From assembly GCA_046293845.1 (NCBI GenBank), contig JBKBIX010000002.1, positions 1 to 43,148 of the forward strand: DNA of 43,148 bases. The letters run 5' to 3'. Source of the stretch: Candidatus Bipolaricaulia bacterium (lineage in GTDB: Bacteria; Bipolaricaulota; Bipolaricaulia; RBG-16-55-9; DRXL01). The notes under the pieces are model-generated. The model had not been told where the DNA came from and ran no database searches. It was given only the letters and a program-made list of their open reading frames with translations. This document shows positions 8,127 to 17,774 of this stretch, one piece after another. The stretch's first letter is position 1; each line of letters opens with the position of its first letter. A program made the translations under genes and the position numbers.

Positions 8127-9301
8127 CGACAGAGAAGCTCACTCTGATGACGGGAGCAGAAGCAACAGCTCATGCTATGCGCCAGATCAACCCTGACGTC
8201 GTGCCCGTCTATCCCATCACGCCACAGACCCCCATTATCGAAACGTTTGCGCAGTTCGTCGCAGACGGCCAGTGCGACTCAGAAATCATAAACGTCGAAA
8301 GCGAGCACAGCGCCATGAGCGCGGCGGTGGGGGCTTCGTGTGCCGGTGCGCGGGTGATCACGGCGACAAGTTCCCAAGGGCTTGCTCTGATGCTCGAGAT
8401 CGTCTACATCGCCGCGGCGATGCGCTGCCCCATTGTCATTGCCGTGGGCAGCCGCGCGCTCTCTGGCCCTATCAATATCCACTGCGATCACTCCGACAGC
8501 ATGATGGCGCGCGACGCCGGGTGTGTGCAGATTTTCGCGGAAAACGCCCAAGAGGCGTATGACTTGATGATCATGGCGCAGCGGCTCGCGGAGGACCGCA
8601 GGGTCTTGGTCCCCGTGATGGTGATGCAAGACGGGTTCACGATCACGCACTCGGCTGAACCCGTCGCGTTGCTCCCCGACGAAACTGTGAAAGAGTTCGT
8701 GGGCGAGTATGAGCCGCTCTACCCACTTTTAGATACAGATCATCCGACGACGCAGGGGCCGTTTGCGCTGCCTGACTATTATTTTGAGCTGAAGCGCCAG
8801 CAAGTCGACGCTTTGGAGGCTGCGCGGGGTGTCTGGCTTGAAGTGCAAGAGAGATTTGCGGGGATTTCGGGGCGTCGCTACGAGGGTTTCTTCGAGGCGT
8901 ACAAGCTCAGTGACGCTGAGTATGCGTTGGTCATCTTGAGCTCGACGGCGGGCACAGCAAAAGTTGTGATTGACCGATTGCGACGTAAGGGAGTGAAAGT
9001 CGGGCTCGTGAAGCCCTGGCTCTTCCGGCCCTTCCCCGCAGAAGAGATCGCCCACGCGTTGGCAGACAAGCGCGCGATCGCTGTGCTCGACCGTGCCATC
9101 TCGTTTGGCAGCTGGGGGCCGCTCTATTTAGAGATCTCGGCGGCACTGGGGCGCTATCTCCGAGAAAAACCCGTGCTCTATAACTATATCTATGGTCTGG
9201 GTGGGCGCGACACGCCACCGGAGCTGATCGCGTCTGTTGTGACCGATATGCAGAGTAGGCTTGACCCAACGGTGTTGCGCTATCTGGGCCTGCGGGAGTG
9301 A
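8117..9301 (+). CDS. porA: Pyruvate/2-oxoacid:ferredoxin oxidoreductase, alpha subunit
   Basis: N-terminus GAEATAHAMRQINPDVVPVYPITPQT is typical of OFOR alpha subunits. The size is 394 aa. Confidence 0.9.
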   Translation: MRLATEKLTLMTGAEATAHAMRQINPDVVPVYPITPQTPIIETFAQFVADGQCDSEIINVESEHSAMSAAVGASCAGARVITATSSQGLALMLEIVYIAAAMRCPIVIAVGSRALSGPINIHCDHSDSMMARDAGCVQIFAENAQEAYDLMIMAQRLAEDRRVLVPVMVMQDGFTITHSAEPVALLPDETVKEFVGEYEPLYPLLDTDHPTTQGPFALPDYYFELKRQQVDALEAARGVWLEVQERFAGISGRRYEGFFEAYKLSDAEYALVILSSTAGTAKVVIDRLRRKGVKVGLVKPWLFRPFPAEEIAHALADKRAIAVLDRAISFGSWGPLYLEISAALGRYLREKPVLYNYIYGLGGRDTPPELIASVVTDMQSRLDPTVLRYLGLRE

Positions 9302-9306
9302 TCGTC

Positions 9307-10236
9307 ATGCCCAACACGAAAGCGCTAGCGCGTCACGAAGAAACAGAAAGGCGGTTTACAGGGGCTCACGCCCTCTGCGCGGGGTGTGGGGTTCCCATCT
9401 GCGTGCGCACCATTCTCAACGCTATCGAAGAACCCGTCGTCGTCATCAACGCGACGGGATGTCTGGAAGTGGCAACGACACGCTACCCCACGACGGCGTG
9501 GAACGTTCCGTGGATCCACGTGGCGTTCGAGAACGCTGCAGCCGTTGCTAGCGGGGTCGAGACGGCTTATCGCGCGTTATGCCGGCGGGGAAAGATTTCA
9601 AAAGAGATTCGGTTTGTCGCGTTCGGCGGCGATGGCGGCACGTATGATATCGGGCTGCAAGCGCTCTCTGGGGCGCTGGAGCGTGGCCACAGATTTCTCT
9701 ACGTCTGCTACGACAACGAAGCGTATATGAACACAGGAAATCAGCGTTCAGGGGCGACGCCCTTTGCTGCCCAGACAAGCACGGCTCCTGTAGGTGCTAA
9801 GAGCTTTGGCAAGCCGCAGCGCCGTAAAGACTTGACAGAGATCGTCGCAGCGCATCACGTCCCGTATGTCGCTCAAGCGTCTATTAGCGACTGGTACGAT
9901 CTCGCGGTGAAGGCGCGCAAAGCTGTCTCTGTGGACGGCCCGGCGTTTCTCAATGTGCTCTCGACCTGCCCGCGCGGCTGGGGGCATCCGACCGATCAGA
10001 GCGTTCAGATCGCCCATCTTGCCGTGGAGACGTGCTACTGGCCCCTGTACGAGATCACCGACGGGAGATGGCACGTCAATTATATCCCTGAAGAGAAGCG
10101 TCCGATCACGGAGTGGCTGCGCCTGCAGAAGCGCTTTCATCATCTGTTTGAGCCGGGGAACGAAGAGCTCTTGGAGCAGATACAGCGCCAGGTGGACGAG
10201 GACTGGGAGAAGTTGCTTCGTCGGTGCGAAGAGTGA
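9307..10236 (+). CDS. porB: Pyruvate/2-oxoacid:ferredoxin oxidoreductase, beta (TPP-binding) subunit
   Basis: CAGCG and GGDGGTYDIG...NEAYMNTGNQ TPP motifs. I chose ATG 9307 (GGGAG 8 nt upstream). The in-frame GTG at 9298 is also possible. Confidence 0.9.
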   Translation: MPNTKALARHEETERRFTGAHALCAGCGVPICVRTILNAIEEPVVVINATGCLEVATTRYPTTAWNVPWIHVAFENAAAVASGVETAYRALCRRGKISKEIRFVAFGGDGGTYDIGLQALSGALERGHRFLYVCYDNEAYMNTGNQRSGATPFAAQTSTAPVGAKSFGKPQRRKDLTEIVAAHHVPYVAQASISDWYDLAVKARKAVSVDGPAFLNVLSTCPRGWGHPTDQSVQIAHLAVETCYWPLYEITDGRWHVNYIPEEKRPITEWLRLQKRFHHLFEPGNEELLEQIQRQVDEDWEKLLRRCEE

Positions 10237-10241
10237 TCGCC

Positions 10242-10475
10242 ATGAAGCGCTATGAGCAAGGGGGGTTCTTCTTAGTTATCGAGCCTCGGCGGTGTAAAGG
10301 GTGCGGCGTGTGCATCCAAAGCTGCCCTGCTAGGGTCTTAGTGCTCACCGACGAGGGAAAGGCCGACGTCACAGAGATCGCTCGGTGCGTCTTCTGCGGC
10401 ATCTGCGAGCAGCGGTGCCCCGATTTTGCGATCTCAGTCCATAAAGAGAAGATACTGCAACCATCGTTTGTGTGA
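10242..10475 (+). CDS. 2x[4Fe-4S] ferredoxin, delta-like subunit of the second OFOR cluster
   Basis: CKGCGVCIQSCP and CVFCGICEQRCP motifs. It sits directly before korA-like. GTG 10224 is an alternative start. Confidence 0.75.
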   Translation: MKRYEQGGFFLVIEPRRCKGCGVCIQSCPARVLVLTDEGKADVTEIARCVFCGICEQRCPDFAISVHKEKILQPSFV

Positions 10476-11629
10476 AGGAGCTGAGCTTGTCTAGAGAGCC
10501 GGAGCTTGTCCAAGGGAATGAAGCCTGCGCTCGTGGCGCGATCTACGCAGGATGTCGCTTCTTCGCGGGGTATCCCATCACCCCCAGCAGCGAGATCATG
10601 GAGTATCTCGCGCGGGAGCTCCCCAAAGTCGGCGGCATCTGTCTGCAGATGGAGGACGAGATCGCGTCGATCTCCGCTGTCATCGGAGCGTCGTGGGGTG
10701 GCGCAAAAGCTATGACCGCGACGAGCGGGCCAGGGTTCTCGCTCATGCAGGAGTCTATAGGCTACGCCGCGATCACTGAGACGCCGTGCGTGATCGTGGA
10801 CGCGCAGCGCGGCGGGCCGAGCACCGGTCAGCCGACCAAGGCCTCCCAAGGCGATGTCATGCAAGCGCGCTGGGGCACCCACGGCGATCATCCCGTCATT
10901 GTGCTCACAGCATCATGGGTGCGCGAGGTCTTCGAGATGACCGTGCGCGCTTTTAATCTTGCAGAAACGTATCGCGTGCCCGTTATCTTATTATTGGATG
11001 AGGTCTTGGCGCACTTGCGCGAGAACGTGATCTTGCCCGAGCCTGGGGAACTCAAAGTCATCTCGCGCCGCCGCCCTGAACGCCTTGAAGATTTCAAGCC
11101 GTTTTTCGATGAGACGATGGTCAACTTCGGCGAGGGCGGGCATATTATGGTCACGGGGATGTCTCACGATGAGCTGGGTTTCCCTGCGCAGGGGCACAAG
11201 GCCGCCCAGCAACTTCAGCGGATCGTCGCTAAGATCGAAAGCCGTGCTGAAGAGCTTGCGCTCTATCACGCCCGCTTTGTAGACGATGCGGACATCGTGA
11301 TCGTGAGCTATGGCATCACGAGCCGGGCCGTAGAAGAAGCCGTTCGACTGATGCGGGAGGGCGGCCTGGCGGTGGGCTGGCTCGATCTGAAAACCCTGTG
11401 GCCGTTCCCCGATAAGCTCGTGCGCTCGTGCACCGAGCACGCTCGGTATGTGCTCGTCCCGGAGCTCAATTTGGGGCAGCTCGTGCGCGAGGTCGCGCGT
11501 GCTGTGGGCGGACAGGCTCCGGTTGAACACCTGGGGCGCGTAGACGGTTCTTTGATTACACCGCAACAGATATGCCAACGCGTGTACAACCGTGTACAAT
11601 CTCTCAAAGGGGCGGGCTATGGCCTATGA
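10472..11629 (+). CDS. korA: 2-oxoglutarate/2-oxoacid:ferredoxin oxidoreductase, alpha subunit
   Basis: GNEACARGAIYAGCRFFAGYPITPSSEI N-terminus. The start is GTG 10472 (GTGA overlap) or TTG 10487, which lies 6 nt after AAGGAG. Confidence 0.9.
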   Translation: MKELSLSREPELVQGNEACARGAIYAGCRFFAGYPITPSSEIMEYLARELPKVGGICLQMEDEIASISAVIGASWGGAKAMTATSGPGFSLMQESIGYAAITETPCVIVDAQRGGPSTGQPTKASQGDVMQARWGTHGDHPVIVLTASWVREVFEMTVRAFNLAETYRVPVILLLDEVLAHLRENVILPEPGELKVISRRRPERLEDFKPFFDETMVNFGEGGHIMVTGMSHDELGFPAQGHKAAQQLQRIVAKIESRAEELALYHARFVDDADIVIVSYGITSRAVEEAVRLMREGGLAVGWLDLKTLWPFPDKLVRSCTEHARYVLVPELNLGQLVREVARAVGGQAPVEHLGRVDGSLITPQQICQRVYNRVQSLKGAGYGL

Positions 11630-12437
11630 TTTTCAGAAGTATTTGAGATTAGAGAAGCTGCCTCACGTGTGGTGTCCCGGCTGTGGGCATGGCATGATCA
11701 CGCACGCCCTCGCGTGTGCGATGGCCAAGATGGAGCTTGACCCTGCTCAAACTGTCGTCGTCGGCGGGATCGGCTGCTCCGGGCGCACAGCGTTCTTGTT
11801 CGATATGGACACGATGCACACGACGCATGGGCGAGCGGTGGTCTTCGCTACGGGGCTGAAGCTTGTGCGCCCCAATCTTACTATTGTGCTTGCCCTCGGC
11901 GACGGCGATGCTATTGGGATTGGGGGGAATCACTTCATTCACGCGTGTCGGAGAAACGTTGACATGACCGCGATTATTTATAACAACTCGATTTATGGAC
12001 AGACGGGCGGCCAGGTCGCGCCGACAACCCCGCTCCACAAGAAGAGCACCACGAGTCCGTATGGGAATTTAGAGCACCCCTTCGATATCGCGCGATTAGC
12101 AATAGCCGCTGGGGCAACGTATGTCGCACGCACTACGAGCTTCGATTTCCCCGATATGATAAAATTCATCGAGCGCGGGATCGCCCATAAGGGGTTTTCA
12201 GTGATCGAGGTGCTCACGCATTGTCCCACGTATTATGGGCGGCTCAACGACTTGCGTGACCCCTACGAGATGTTGCACTCCCTGAAAGAGCATACGGTCC
12301 CTCTCGAAGAATGGGAGGGGCTGACCGAGGAAGAACGAGCTGATAAAATAGTGATTGGGGAGCTGCACCGTGAAGAGCGCCCGGAGTTCGTAGAAAGCTA
12401 TTATCAGCTTATTGCGCAGATGCAGGGCCGCAGGTGA
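11619..12437 (+). CDS. korB: 2-oxoglutarate/2-oxoacid:ferredoxin oxidoreductase, beta (TPP) subunit
   Basis: WCPGCGHG and GDGD...GGNH TPP-binding motifs. ATG 11619 is preceded by AAAGGGG. The track start at 11592 is less likely. Confidence 0.9.
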   Translation: MAYDFQKYLRLEKLPHVWCPGCGHGMITHALACAMAKMELDPAQTVVVGGIGCSGRTAFLFDMDTMHTTHGRAVVFATGLKLVRPNLTIVLALGDGDAIGIGGNHFIHACRRNVDMTAIIYNNSIYGQTGGQVAPTTPLHKKSTTSPYGNLEHPFDIARLAIAAGATYVARTTSFDFPDMIKFIERGIAHKGFSVIEVLTHCPTYYGRLNDLRDPYEMLHSLKEHTVPLEEWEGLTEEERADKIVIGELHREERPEFVESYYQLIAQMQGRR

Positions 12438-12451
12438 ACAGGTGAAGATGA

Positions 12452-12994
12452 ATGGCCGTTAAGCAGATTCAGCTCAGTGGGGCAGGGGGGCAGGGGCTAG
12501 TCCTAGCAGGGATTATCTTAGCCGAAGCAGCGATGCGCGACGGCAAGAACGTCGCGGTCGCGCAGAGCTACGGCCCGGAAGCGCGTTTGGGGGCGAGCAA
12601 AGCCGAAGTCATCGTCTCTACAGAGAAGATCGCGTACCCTCAAGTGACCCAGCCCGATATCTTGCTCTGTCTTTCGCAAGATGCGTTCGACAAATACTTT
12701 GCAGCAGTGAATGAACACACGCTGGTCTTGATAGACTCGACGCAGGTGCAAGCGCCATCGGGTGGGGGAGATAATATCTATAAGCTGCCGTTCGTACGCG
12801 CCGCTATAGAGCAGGTTGGGAATAAGTTGGTAGCCAATATCGTTGCTTTGGGAGCGTTGAACGCTCTGACAGGGCTCGTGTCGTGGGAGAGCTTGCGGAA
12901 GGCAGTCGAGCAGCGGGCGCCCGCGAAGTTTCGCGAGCAGAACGTGCGCGCTTTGGAAGTGGGGCGTCACTTGATCCAGAAGACAGCTACGTAG
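12452..12994 (+). CDS. korG: 2-oxoglutarate/2-oxoacid:ferredoxin oxidoreductase, gamma subunit
   Basis: GAGGQGLVLAGIILAEAA motif. It is the last gene of the kor-type cluster. Confidence 0.85.
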   Translation: MAVKQIQLSGAGGQGLVLAGIILAEAAMRDGKNVAVAQSYGPEARLGASKAEVIVSTEKIAYPQVTQPDILLCLSQDAFDKYFAAVNEHTLVLIDSTQVQAPSGGGDNIYKLPFVRAAIEQVGNKLVANIVALGALNALTGLVSWESLRKAVEQRAPAKFREQNVRALEVGRHLIQKTAT

Positions 12995-13019
12995 ACAGTA
13001 GACAAAGGAGGTCTCATCT

Positions 13020-14297
13020 ATGGCGACGACAACAGAAGCCAAACGGGAAGGCGAGCTGAAGATGCTCAAGACCGCGCGGTACTTCTTCGACGTGGCCGCG
13101 AAGAGACTCAAATTGGAAGACAGCTTGGTGGAGTTGTTGCGCTACCCCAAGCGCAAATTGATCGTGCACTTCCCCGTGCGCATGGACGATGGGCGCACTG
13201 TGAGCTTTGAGGGTTATCGCGTGCAGTGTCACCCGGTGTTGGGGCCGGGCAAGGGTGGGATTCGCTATCACCCTGACACAACGCTTGAAGAAGTCGAAGC
13301 CCTCGCGGTACTCATGAACTGGAAGTGCGCCGTAGCCGGGCTGCCGTTTAGCGGGGCCAAAGGGGGCGTCCGGTGCGATCCCAAGAGTATGTCCGTGGGG
13401 GAGATCGAGCGGCTCACGCGACGCTACGCTGCAGAGATCGCGGTGATCATCGGCCCCGATGTAGATATTCCCGCCCCGGACGTCTACACCGGCCAGCGCG
13501 AGATGGCCTGGATCGTCGATACGATCAGTATGCACCATCATGGGGAGTTCATGCCGGGGCTGGTCACGGGCAAGCCGTTATTGCTCGGCGGCTCGGTGGG
13601 ACGCGAGACGGCGACTGCCCGTGGCGGGTTCTTCTGCACCCTCGAAGCCCTGAAGCACCTGAAGGCCAAGCTCGAGGGAGCGACCGTGGCTATTCAAGGC
13701 TACGGCAATGCCGGCTCGTACTATGCCCAGTTCGTGCACGAGGCCGGAGCGAAGGTGATCGCGGTCAGCGACTCTCGTGGCGGCATCTACAACAGCAAGG
13801 GCCTAGACCCTAAAGCCGTGTTGGCGTTCAAGAAGGAGACCGGCACGGTCGTGGGGTTCAAAGACGCAGATACGATCACCAACGAGGAGCTGTTGGAGCT
13901 GAAGTGCGATATTCTCGCGCCGTCGGCGCTGGAAGATCAATTGCACGAGGGCAACGCTCCCAAGGTCAAAGCGAAGGTGATCTGCGAGCTGGCCAATGGC
14001 CCCACAACCCAAGAGGCTGACGCGATCTTGCACGAGCGCGGCATCTTTGTCATCCCCGATATTTTAGCGAATTCCGGTGGTGTGACGGTCAGCTACTTTG
14101 AGTGGGTACAGGATCGGTATCGCTACTTCTGGGACGTCGAGAAGGTAGACGAGCGGTTGAAGCTCTTCATGACCGAGGCGTTCAAGCGCGTTCTGGATAT
14201 GCATCTCAAGCAGAAGGTGGACATGCGCACAGCGGCGTTCATGACGGCTGTGTCTCGCGTTGCGGAGGCTGCGCGAGCTCGTGGGCTGTACGCGTAA
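13020..14297 (+). CDS. gdhA: Glutamate dehydrogenase (Glu/Leu/Phe/Val dehydrogenase family)
   Basis: GPGKGGIRYHP signature and GYGNAGSY dinucleotide fold. There is a strong AAAGGAGG SD. Confidence 0.93.
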   Translation: MATTTEAKREGELKMLKTARYFFDVAAKRLKLEDSLVELLRYPKRKLIVHFPVRMDDGRTVSFEGYRVQCHPVLGPGKGGIRYHPDTTLEEVEALAVLMNWKCAVAGLPFSGAKGGVRCDPKSMSVGEIERLTRRYAAEIAVIIGPDVDIPAPDVYTGQREMAWIVDTISMHHHGEFMPGLVTGKPLLLGGSVGRETATARGGFFCTLEALKHLKAKLEGATVAIQGYGNAGSYYAQFVHEAGAKVIAVSDSRGGIYNSKGLDPKAVLAFKKETGTVVGFKDADTITNEELLELKCDILAPSALEDQLHEGNAPKVKAKVICELANGPTTQEADAILHERGIFVIPDILANSGGVTVSYFEWVQDRYRYFWDVEKVDERLKLFMTEAFKRVLDMHLKQKVDMRTAAFMTAVSRVAEAARARGLYA

Positions 14298-14317
14298 ATA
14301 TCAGACGGAGAGCAGCA

Positions 14318-14348
14318 GGGGCACGGGCGATCCGTGCCCCTATGTTTT
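14318..14348 (+). terminator. Intrinsic terminator after gdhA
   Basis: GGGGCACGG (14318-14326), loop GCGAT, CCGTGCCCC (14332-14340), then TATGTTTT. Confidence 0.7.
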
Positions 14349-14390
14349 CCGGTTGCATCGCTACTGACCCTCCAGTAAACTTCACTTTGT

Positions 14391-15593
14391 ATGAGGACGC
14401 CCTCGATTGACGAGCAGCTTCGGTTTCTCAAGCGCCGCGCCGTGGATATCATCCCGGAGAGCGATCTGATCAAGAAATTGGAGCGCTCCGCACGCACCGG
14501 CAAACCCCTCAGGGTGAAGCTGGGCGTTGACCCCACCAGCCCTGATATTCACATTGGGATCGGCGTCGTTTTACAGAAGCTACGCGACTTTCAAGACTTG
14601 GGGCATACTGCTGTCTTGATCGTTGGCGATTTTACGGCACGTATCGGCGACCCCTCCGAGCGCGCTAGCCAGCGAAAGATGCTCTCCAAAGAAGAAGTCG
14701 AAGCCAATATGAAAGCGTACAAAGAGCAAGCCCTCAAAATCTTAGACCCAGATCGCACAGAATTTCGCTATAACTCCGAATGGCTGGAAAAGATGGACTT
14801 CGCCAAGCTCTTAGAATTAGCGTCTAAGTACACCGTCGCGGCGATGCTGGAACGCGACGATTTCGCCAAGCGCTTCCGCGAGGGCAATCCCATCAGCATC
14901 GTCGAGTTTCTCTATCCCCTCGCGCAGGGCTATGATTCTGTAGCTATCGAGGCCGACGTCGAGCTTGGGGGGACCGATCAGCGTTTTAATCTCTTGGTTG
15001 GTCGGGCGTTACAAGAACGCTACGGCCAGGAGCCCCAAGTCTGCTTCATCATGCCCCTTTTGGAAGGGCTTGACGGCATCAAGAAGATGAGCAAGAGCTA
15101 TGGGAACTATGTGGGGATCACCGAACACCCCAACGAGATGTTTGGGAAGCTGATGTCCATCCCCGATGCTCTTTTAGAAAAGTACGTGACACTGTTGACA
15201 GACTTGGACTGGGAGGAGTTGAAGAGGCTTCACCCGAAAGAGCAGAAGCAGAGGATGGCTCACGCTGTTGTCGCACGCTATCACTCCCAGCACGCTGCTG
15301 ACGCGGCTAGGGCAGAGTTTGAAAGGGTCTTTGCCCGAAAAGAGCGCCCTACAGATGTGCCCAGGCTCTACCTGGACAAGAAGCTTCTGAAGCCCGATGG
15401 CACAATCTGGGTTGTTGACTTAATCGCGCCGTTAACTAAGAGCCGCTCCGAAGCCAAGCGCCTCATCGAGCAAGGCGCCGTCGAAGTTGATGGGGTCAAG
15501 ATCACGCAATTCGATCAGTGCGTGCTCGTGAGAGCAGGGGCGTTGCTGCGCGTGGGCAAGCACACGTTCGCTGAAGTTTATCCCAAGGAGTGA
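14391..15593 (+). CDS. tyrS: Tyrosyl-tRNA synthetase
   Basis: A HIGH-like DIHIGIG, a KMSKSYGN motif and a C-terminal S4-like domain. I saw no T-box leader upstream. Confidence 0.93.
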   Translation: MRTPSIDEQLRFLKRRAVDIIPESDLIKKLERSARTGKPLRVKLGVDPTSPDIHIGIGVVLQKLRDFQDLGHTAVLIVGDFTARIGDPSERASQRKMLSKEEVEANMKAYKEQALKILDPDRTEFRYNSEWLEKMDFAKLLELASKYTVAAMLERDDFAKRFREGNPISIVEFLYPLAQGYDSVAIEADVELGGTDQRFNLLVGRALQERYGQEPQVCFIMPLLEGLDGIKKMSKSYGNYVGITEHPNEMFGKLMSIPDALLEKYVTLLTDLDWEELKRLHPKEQKQRMAHAVVARYHSQHAADAARAEFERVFARKERPTDVPRLYLDKKLLKPDGTIWVVDLIAPLTKSRSEAKRLIEQGAVEVDGVKITQFDQCVLVRAGALLRVGKHTFAEVYPKE

Positions 15594-15597
15594 GACC

Positions 15598-16008
15598 GTG
15601 GACTGCGTCTTCTGCCGGATCGTGCGAGGAGAACTCCCGGCGCATAAAGTCTACGAAGATTCAGAGACTTTGGCGTTTCTCGATATTCATCCGATGACCG
15701 ATGGGCACACGCTTGTCATCCCCAAAGTGCACGCTGAGCGATTCTTAGAGCTCTCTCCGGAGCTTGCGGGCAAGCTCCTTCAGGCCGTTCACAGAGTCAC
15801 TGAGCGCCTTGCCCAAGCCCTGAAGGCTCCGGCGTTCACTATTGGGGTCAACGATGGGCGGGCCGCCGGGCAAGCCATCCCCCACTTGCATGTTCATATC
15901 ATCCCTCGCTTCCCTGGCGACGGCGGCGGCTCGATGCACTCGATCATCTATACTTCACACAAGCGTTCTTTAGAAGAAATTCACCGGCTGATTGCACACA
16001 AGCCCTGA
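15598..16008 (+). CDS. HIT-family (histidine triad) nucleotide hydrolase
   Basis: HLHVHIIPR histidine triad. GTG start, 9 nt after AAGGAG. Confidence 0.85.
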   Translation: MDCVFCRIVRGELPAHKVYEDSETLAFLDIHPMTDGHTLVIPKVHAERFLELSPELAGKLLQAVHRVTERLAQALKAPAFTIGVNDGRAAGQAIPHLHVHIIPRFPGDGGGSMHSIIYTSHKRSLEEIHRLIAHKP

Positions 16009-16020
16009 ATTTGCTATAGT
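15992..16020 (+). promoter_or_regulatory. Candidate promoter for prs, TTGCAC-17-TATAGT
   Basis: -35 at 15992-15997 and -10 at 16015-16020, spanning the end of the HIT gene. Confidence 0.4.
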
Positions 16021-16079
16021 AATTTATCCAAATCTATTCCCGAATGCGCTTTTTTTCTCAGAGCGGGGAGGCAGTCAGT

Positions 16080-17015
16080 GTGCAAGGCGAGTTGAAATTG
16101 GTCGCGGGGAACGCCAATCGCGCTCTCGCGCGTGAGATCAGCGAGCACGTGGGGATCAAGCTCACGGACGCCGAAGTCGGGAGATTCCCCGACGGTGAGA
16201 TCAACGTGCACATCAAAGAGACTGTGCGCGGCGCGGACGTCTGCGTCATACAATCGACGTGCCCACCCGTGAACGACCATCTGATGGAACTTTTATTGAT
16301 TATTGATGCGCTCAAGCGTGCATCGGCCGAGCGCGTCACGGCGGTCATCCCGTACTATGGCTACGCTCGCCAAGATCGAAAGCATATCGGGCGCGTGCCC
16401 ATCAGCGCAAAGTTAGTCGCGAATATGATCGTCACCGCGGGGGCGGATAGAGTCCTGACGCTTGATCTACCCGCCGGGCAGATTCAGGGCTTTTTCGATA
16501 TCCCCGTGGACAATCTTCGTGGAGACCCGATCTTAGCTGATTATTTTCGCCATCAGAATCTAGAGAATACGGTGATCGTCGCTCCTGATGTCGGGGCGGC
16601 CAAGCGCGCTCGCGCCGTCGCCGAACGGCTTGAACTTCCGTTAGCGATAGTTGAGAAGAGTCGCATTAGCCCTACAGAAGTGCGCGCGCTCAACGTCATC
16701 GGCAACGTACAGGGCAAGCGCGCTATCTTAATTGACGATATAGTAGCGACCGGTGGGACAGTGATTGAAGCTACGAATCTGCTCTTGGAATGTGGGGCGC
16801 GTGAGGTCTTGGCAGCGTTCACTCACGGCGTTTTTGCGGGCGATGCTGTGCAAAAGTTAGAAGCGTCGCCGGTGAAGCGTGTGATCGTGACGAATACGAT
16901 CCCTGTGCCTCAAAGCCCGAAGATCGAGGCGATCTCCGTGGGGGTGCTGCTCGCCGAGACGATCAAGCGCATCCACGCTGAAGAGTCGGTCAGCGAGATG
17001 TTCCCACACTACTAG
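16080..17015 (+). CDS. prs: Ribose-phosphate pyrophosphokinase
   Basis: LKLVAGNANRALAREI N-terminus and DDIVATGGT PRPP-binding loop. I chose GTG 16080 (GGGGAGG 8 nt upstream). The track start at ATG 16044 would begin only about 17 nt from the predicted TSS and crosses a T7 run. Confidence 0.9.
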   Translation: MQGELKLVAGNANRALAREISEHVGIKLTDAEVGRFPDGEINVHIKETVRGADVCVIQSTCPPVNDHLMELLLIIDALKRASAERVTAVIPYYGYARQDRKHIGRVPISAKLVANMIVTAGADRVLTLDLPAGQIQGFFDIPVDNLRGDPILADYFRHQNLENTVIVAPDVGAAKRARAVAERLELPLAIVEKSRISPTEVRALNVIGNVQGKRAILIDDIVATGGTVIEATNLLLECGAREVLAAFTHGVFAGDAVQKLEASPVKRVIVTNTIPVPQSPKIEAISVGVLLAETIKRIHAEESVSEMFPHY

Positions 17016-17049
17016 AGAATCAGAAGAGTAAGAACGGAGGAGATTCTTT

Positions 17050-17769
17050 ATGGACTACACGATCAAAGCGGAGCCACGAGGGGGCAAGCCCAACCCACGT
17101 GCGCTCCGTCGCCAAGGGAAAATCCCGGGTGTGCTCTACGGGCATGAAGTCAACCAGCCTATCGCTCTAGATGCCAAAGAGTTGGAGAAACTGCTCGCTC
17201 GCATCACTCGCAGTTCCAGAATCACTGTGGAGCTCAATGGCAAGAGATTGCCCACGTTCATTAAAGAGATCCAATATGATCCGTTGACGGATCGCGTCAT
17301 TCATATAGATCTCTATCATCCGGCACCGAATCGGCCAGTGACAGTTGAAGTCCCGGTACGGATCCGTGGTGAGGCGAAGGGGCGCAAGGAGGGCGGCGTC
17401 CTGCAAGTGCTCCGCGATATCATCAAAGTCCGAGGAGCGATGGAGCAGATTCCTGAAGTTATTGAAGTTGATGTCACTGAGCTAGAGATTGGCCAAGCCG
17501 TGCACGTGAACGAGCTGAAGCTTGAGGGCGTGCACGTGTTAACGCCAGGGGAAGCGACGGTAGTAACAGTCGTTGCGCCGCGCAAGGAAGAAGCTGTAGT
17601 CGCAGCTGTTCCGGGTGTTGAGGGCGCAGTGGCAGAAGGTGCAGCTCCGGCGGAGGGGGCAGCCCCTGCGGCAGCGGGCGCGGCTCCTGCTGCTGGCGAG
17701 CAGGCGGCAGCTGCCCCAGCAGCAGAGAAGAAGCCTCCTGAGAAGGGCAAGGAGAAGGCTAAGAAATAA
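17050..17769 (+). CDS. rplY: 50S ribosomal protein L25/Ctc with Ala/Pro/Lys-rich C-terminal tail
   Basis: RRQGKIPGVLYG motif. It sits in the conserved prs-ctc-pth context. There is a GGAGGAG SD. Confidence 0.85.
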   Translation: MDYTIKAEPRGGKPNPRALRRQGKIPGVLYGHEVNQPIALDAKELEKLLARITRSSRITVELNGKRLPTFIKEIQYDPLTDRVIHIDLYHPAPNRPVTVEVPVRIRGEAKGRKEGGVLQVLRDIIKVRGAMEQIPEVIEVDVTELEIGQAVHVNELKLEGVHVLTPGEATVVTVVAPRKEEAVVAAVPGVEGAVAEGAAPAEGAAPAAAGAAPAAGEQAAAAPAAEKKPPEKGKEKAKK

Positions 17770-17774
17770 TCACT

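Noticed and set aside
17590-17769. The Ala/Pro/Gly-rich low-complexity tail of L25/Ctc and the long antisense ORF across it.
   Set aside because: Such C-terminal extensions are common in Ctc-type L25 proteins. The repetitive GCN-rich DNA explains the open antisense frame.
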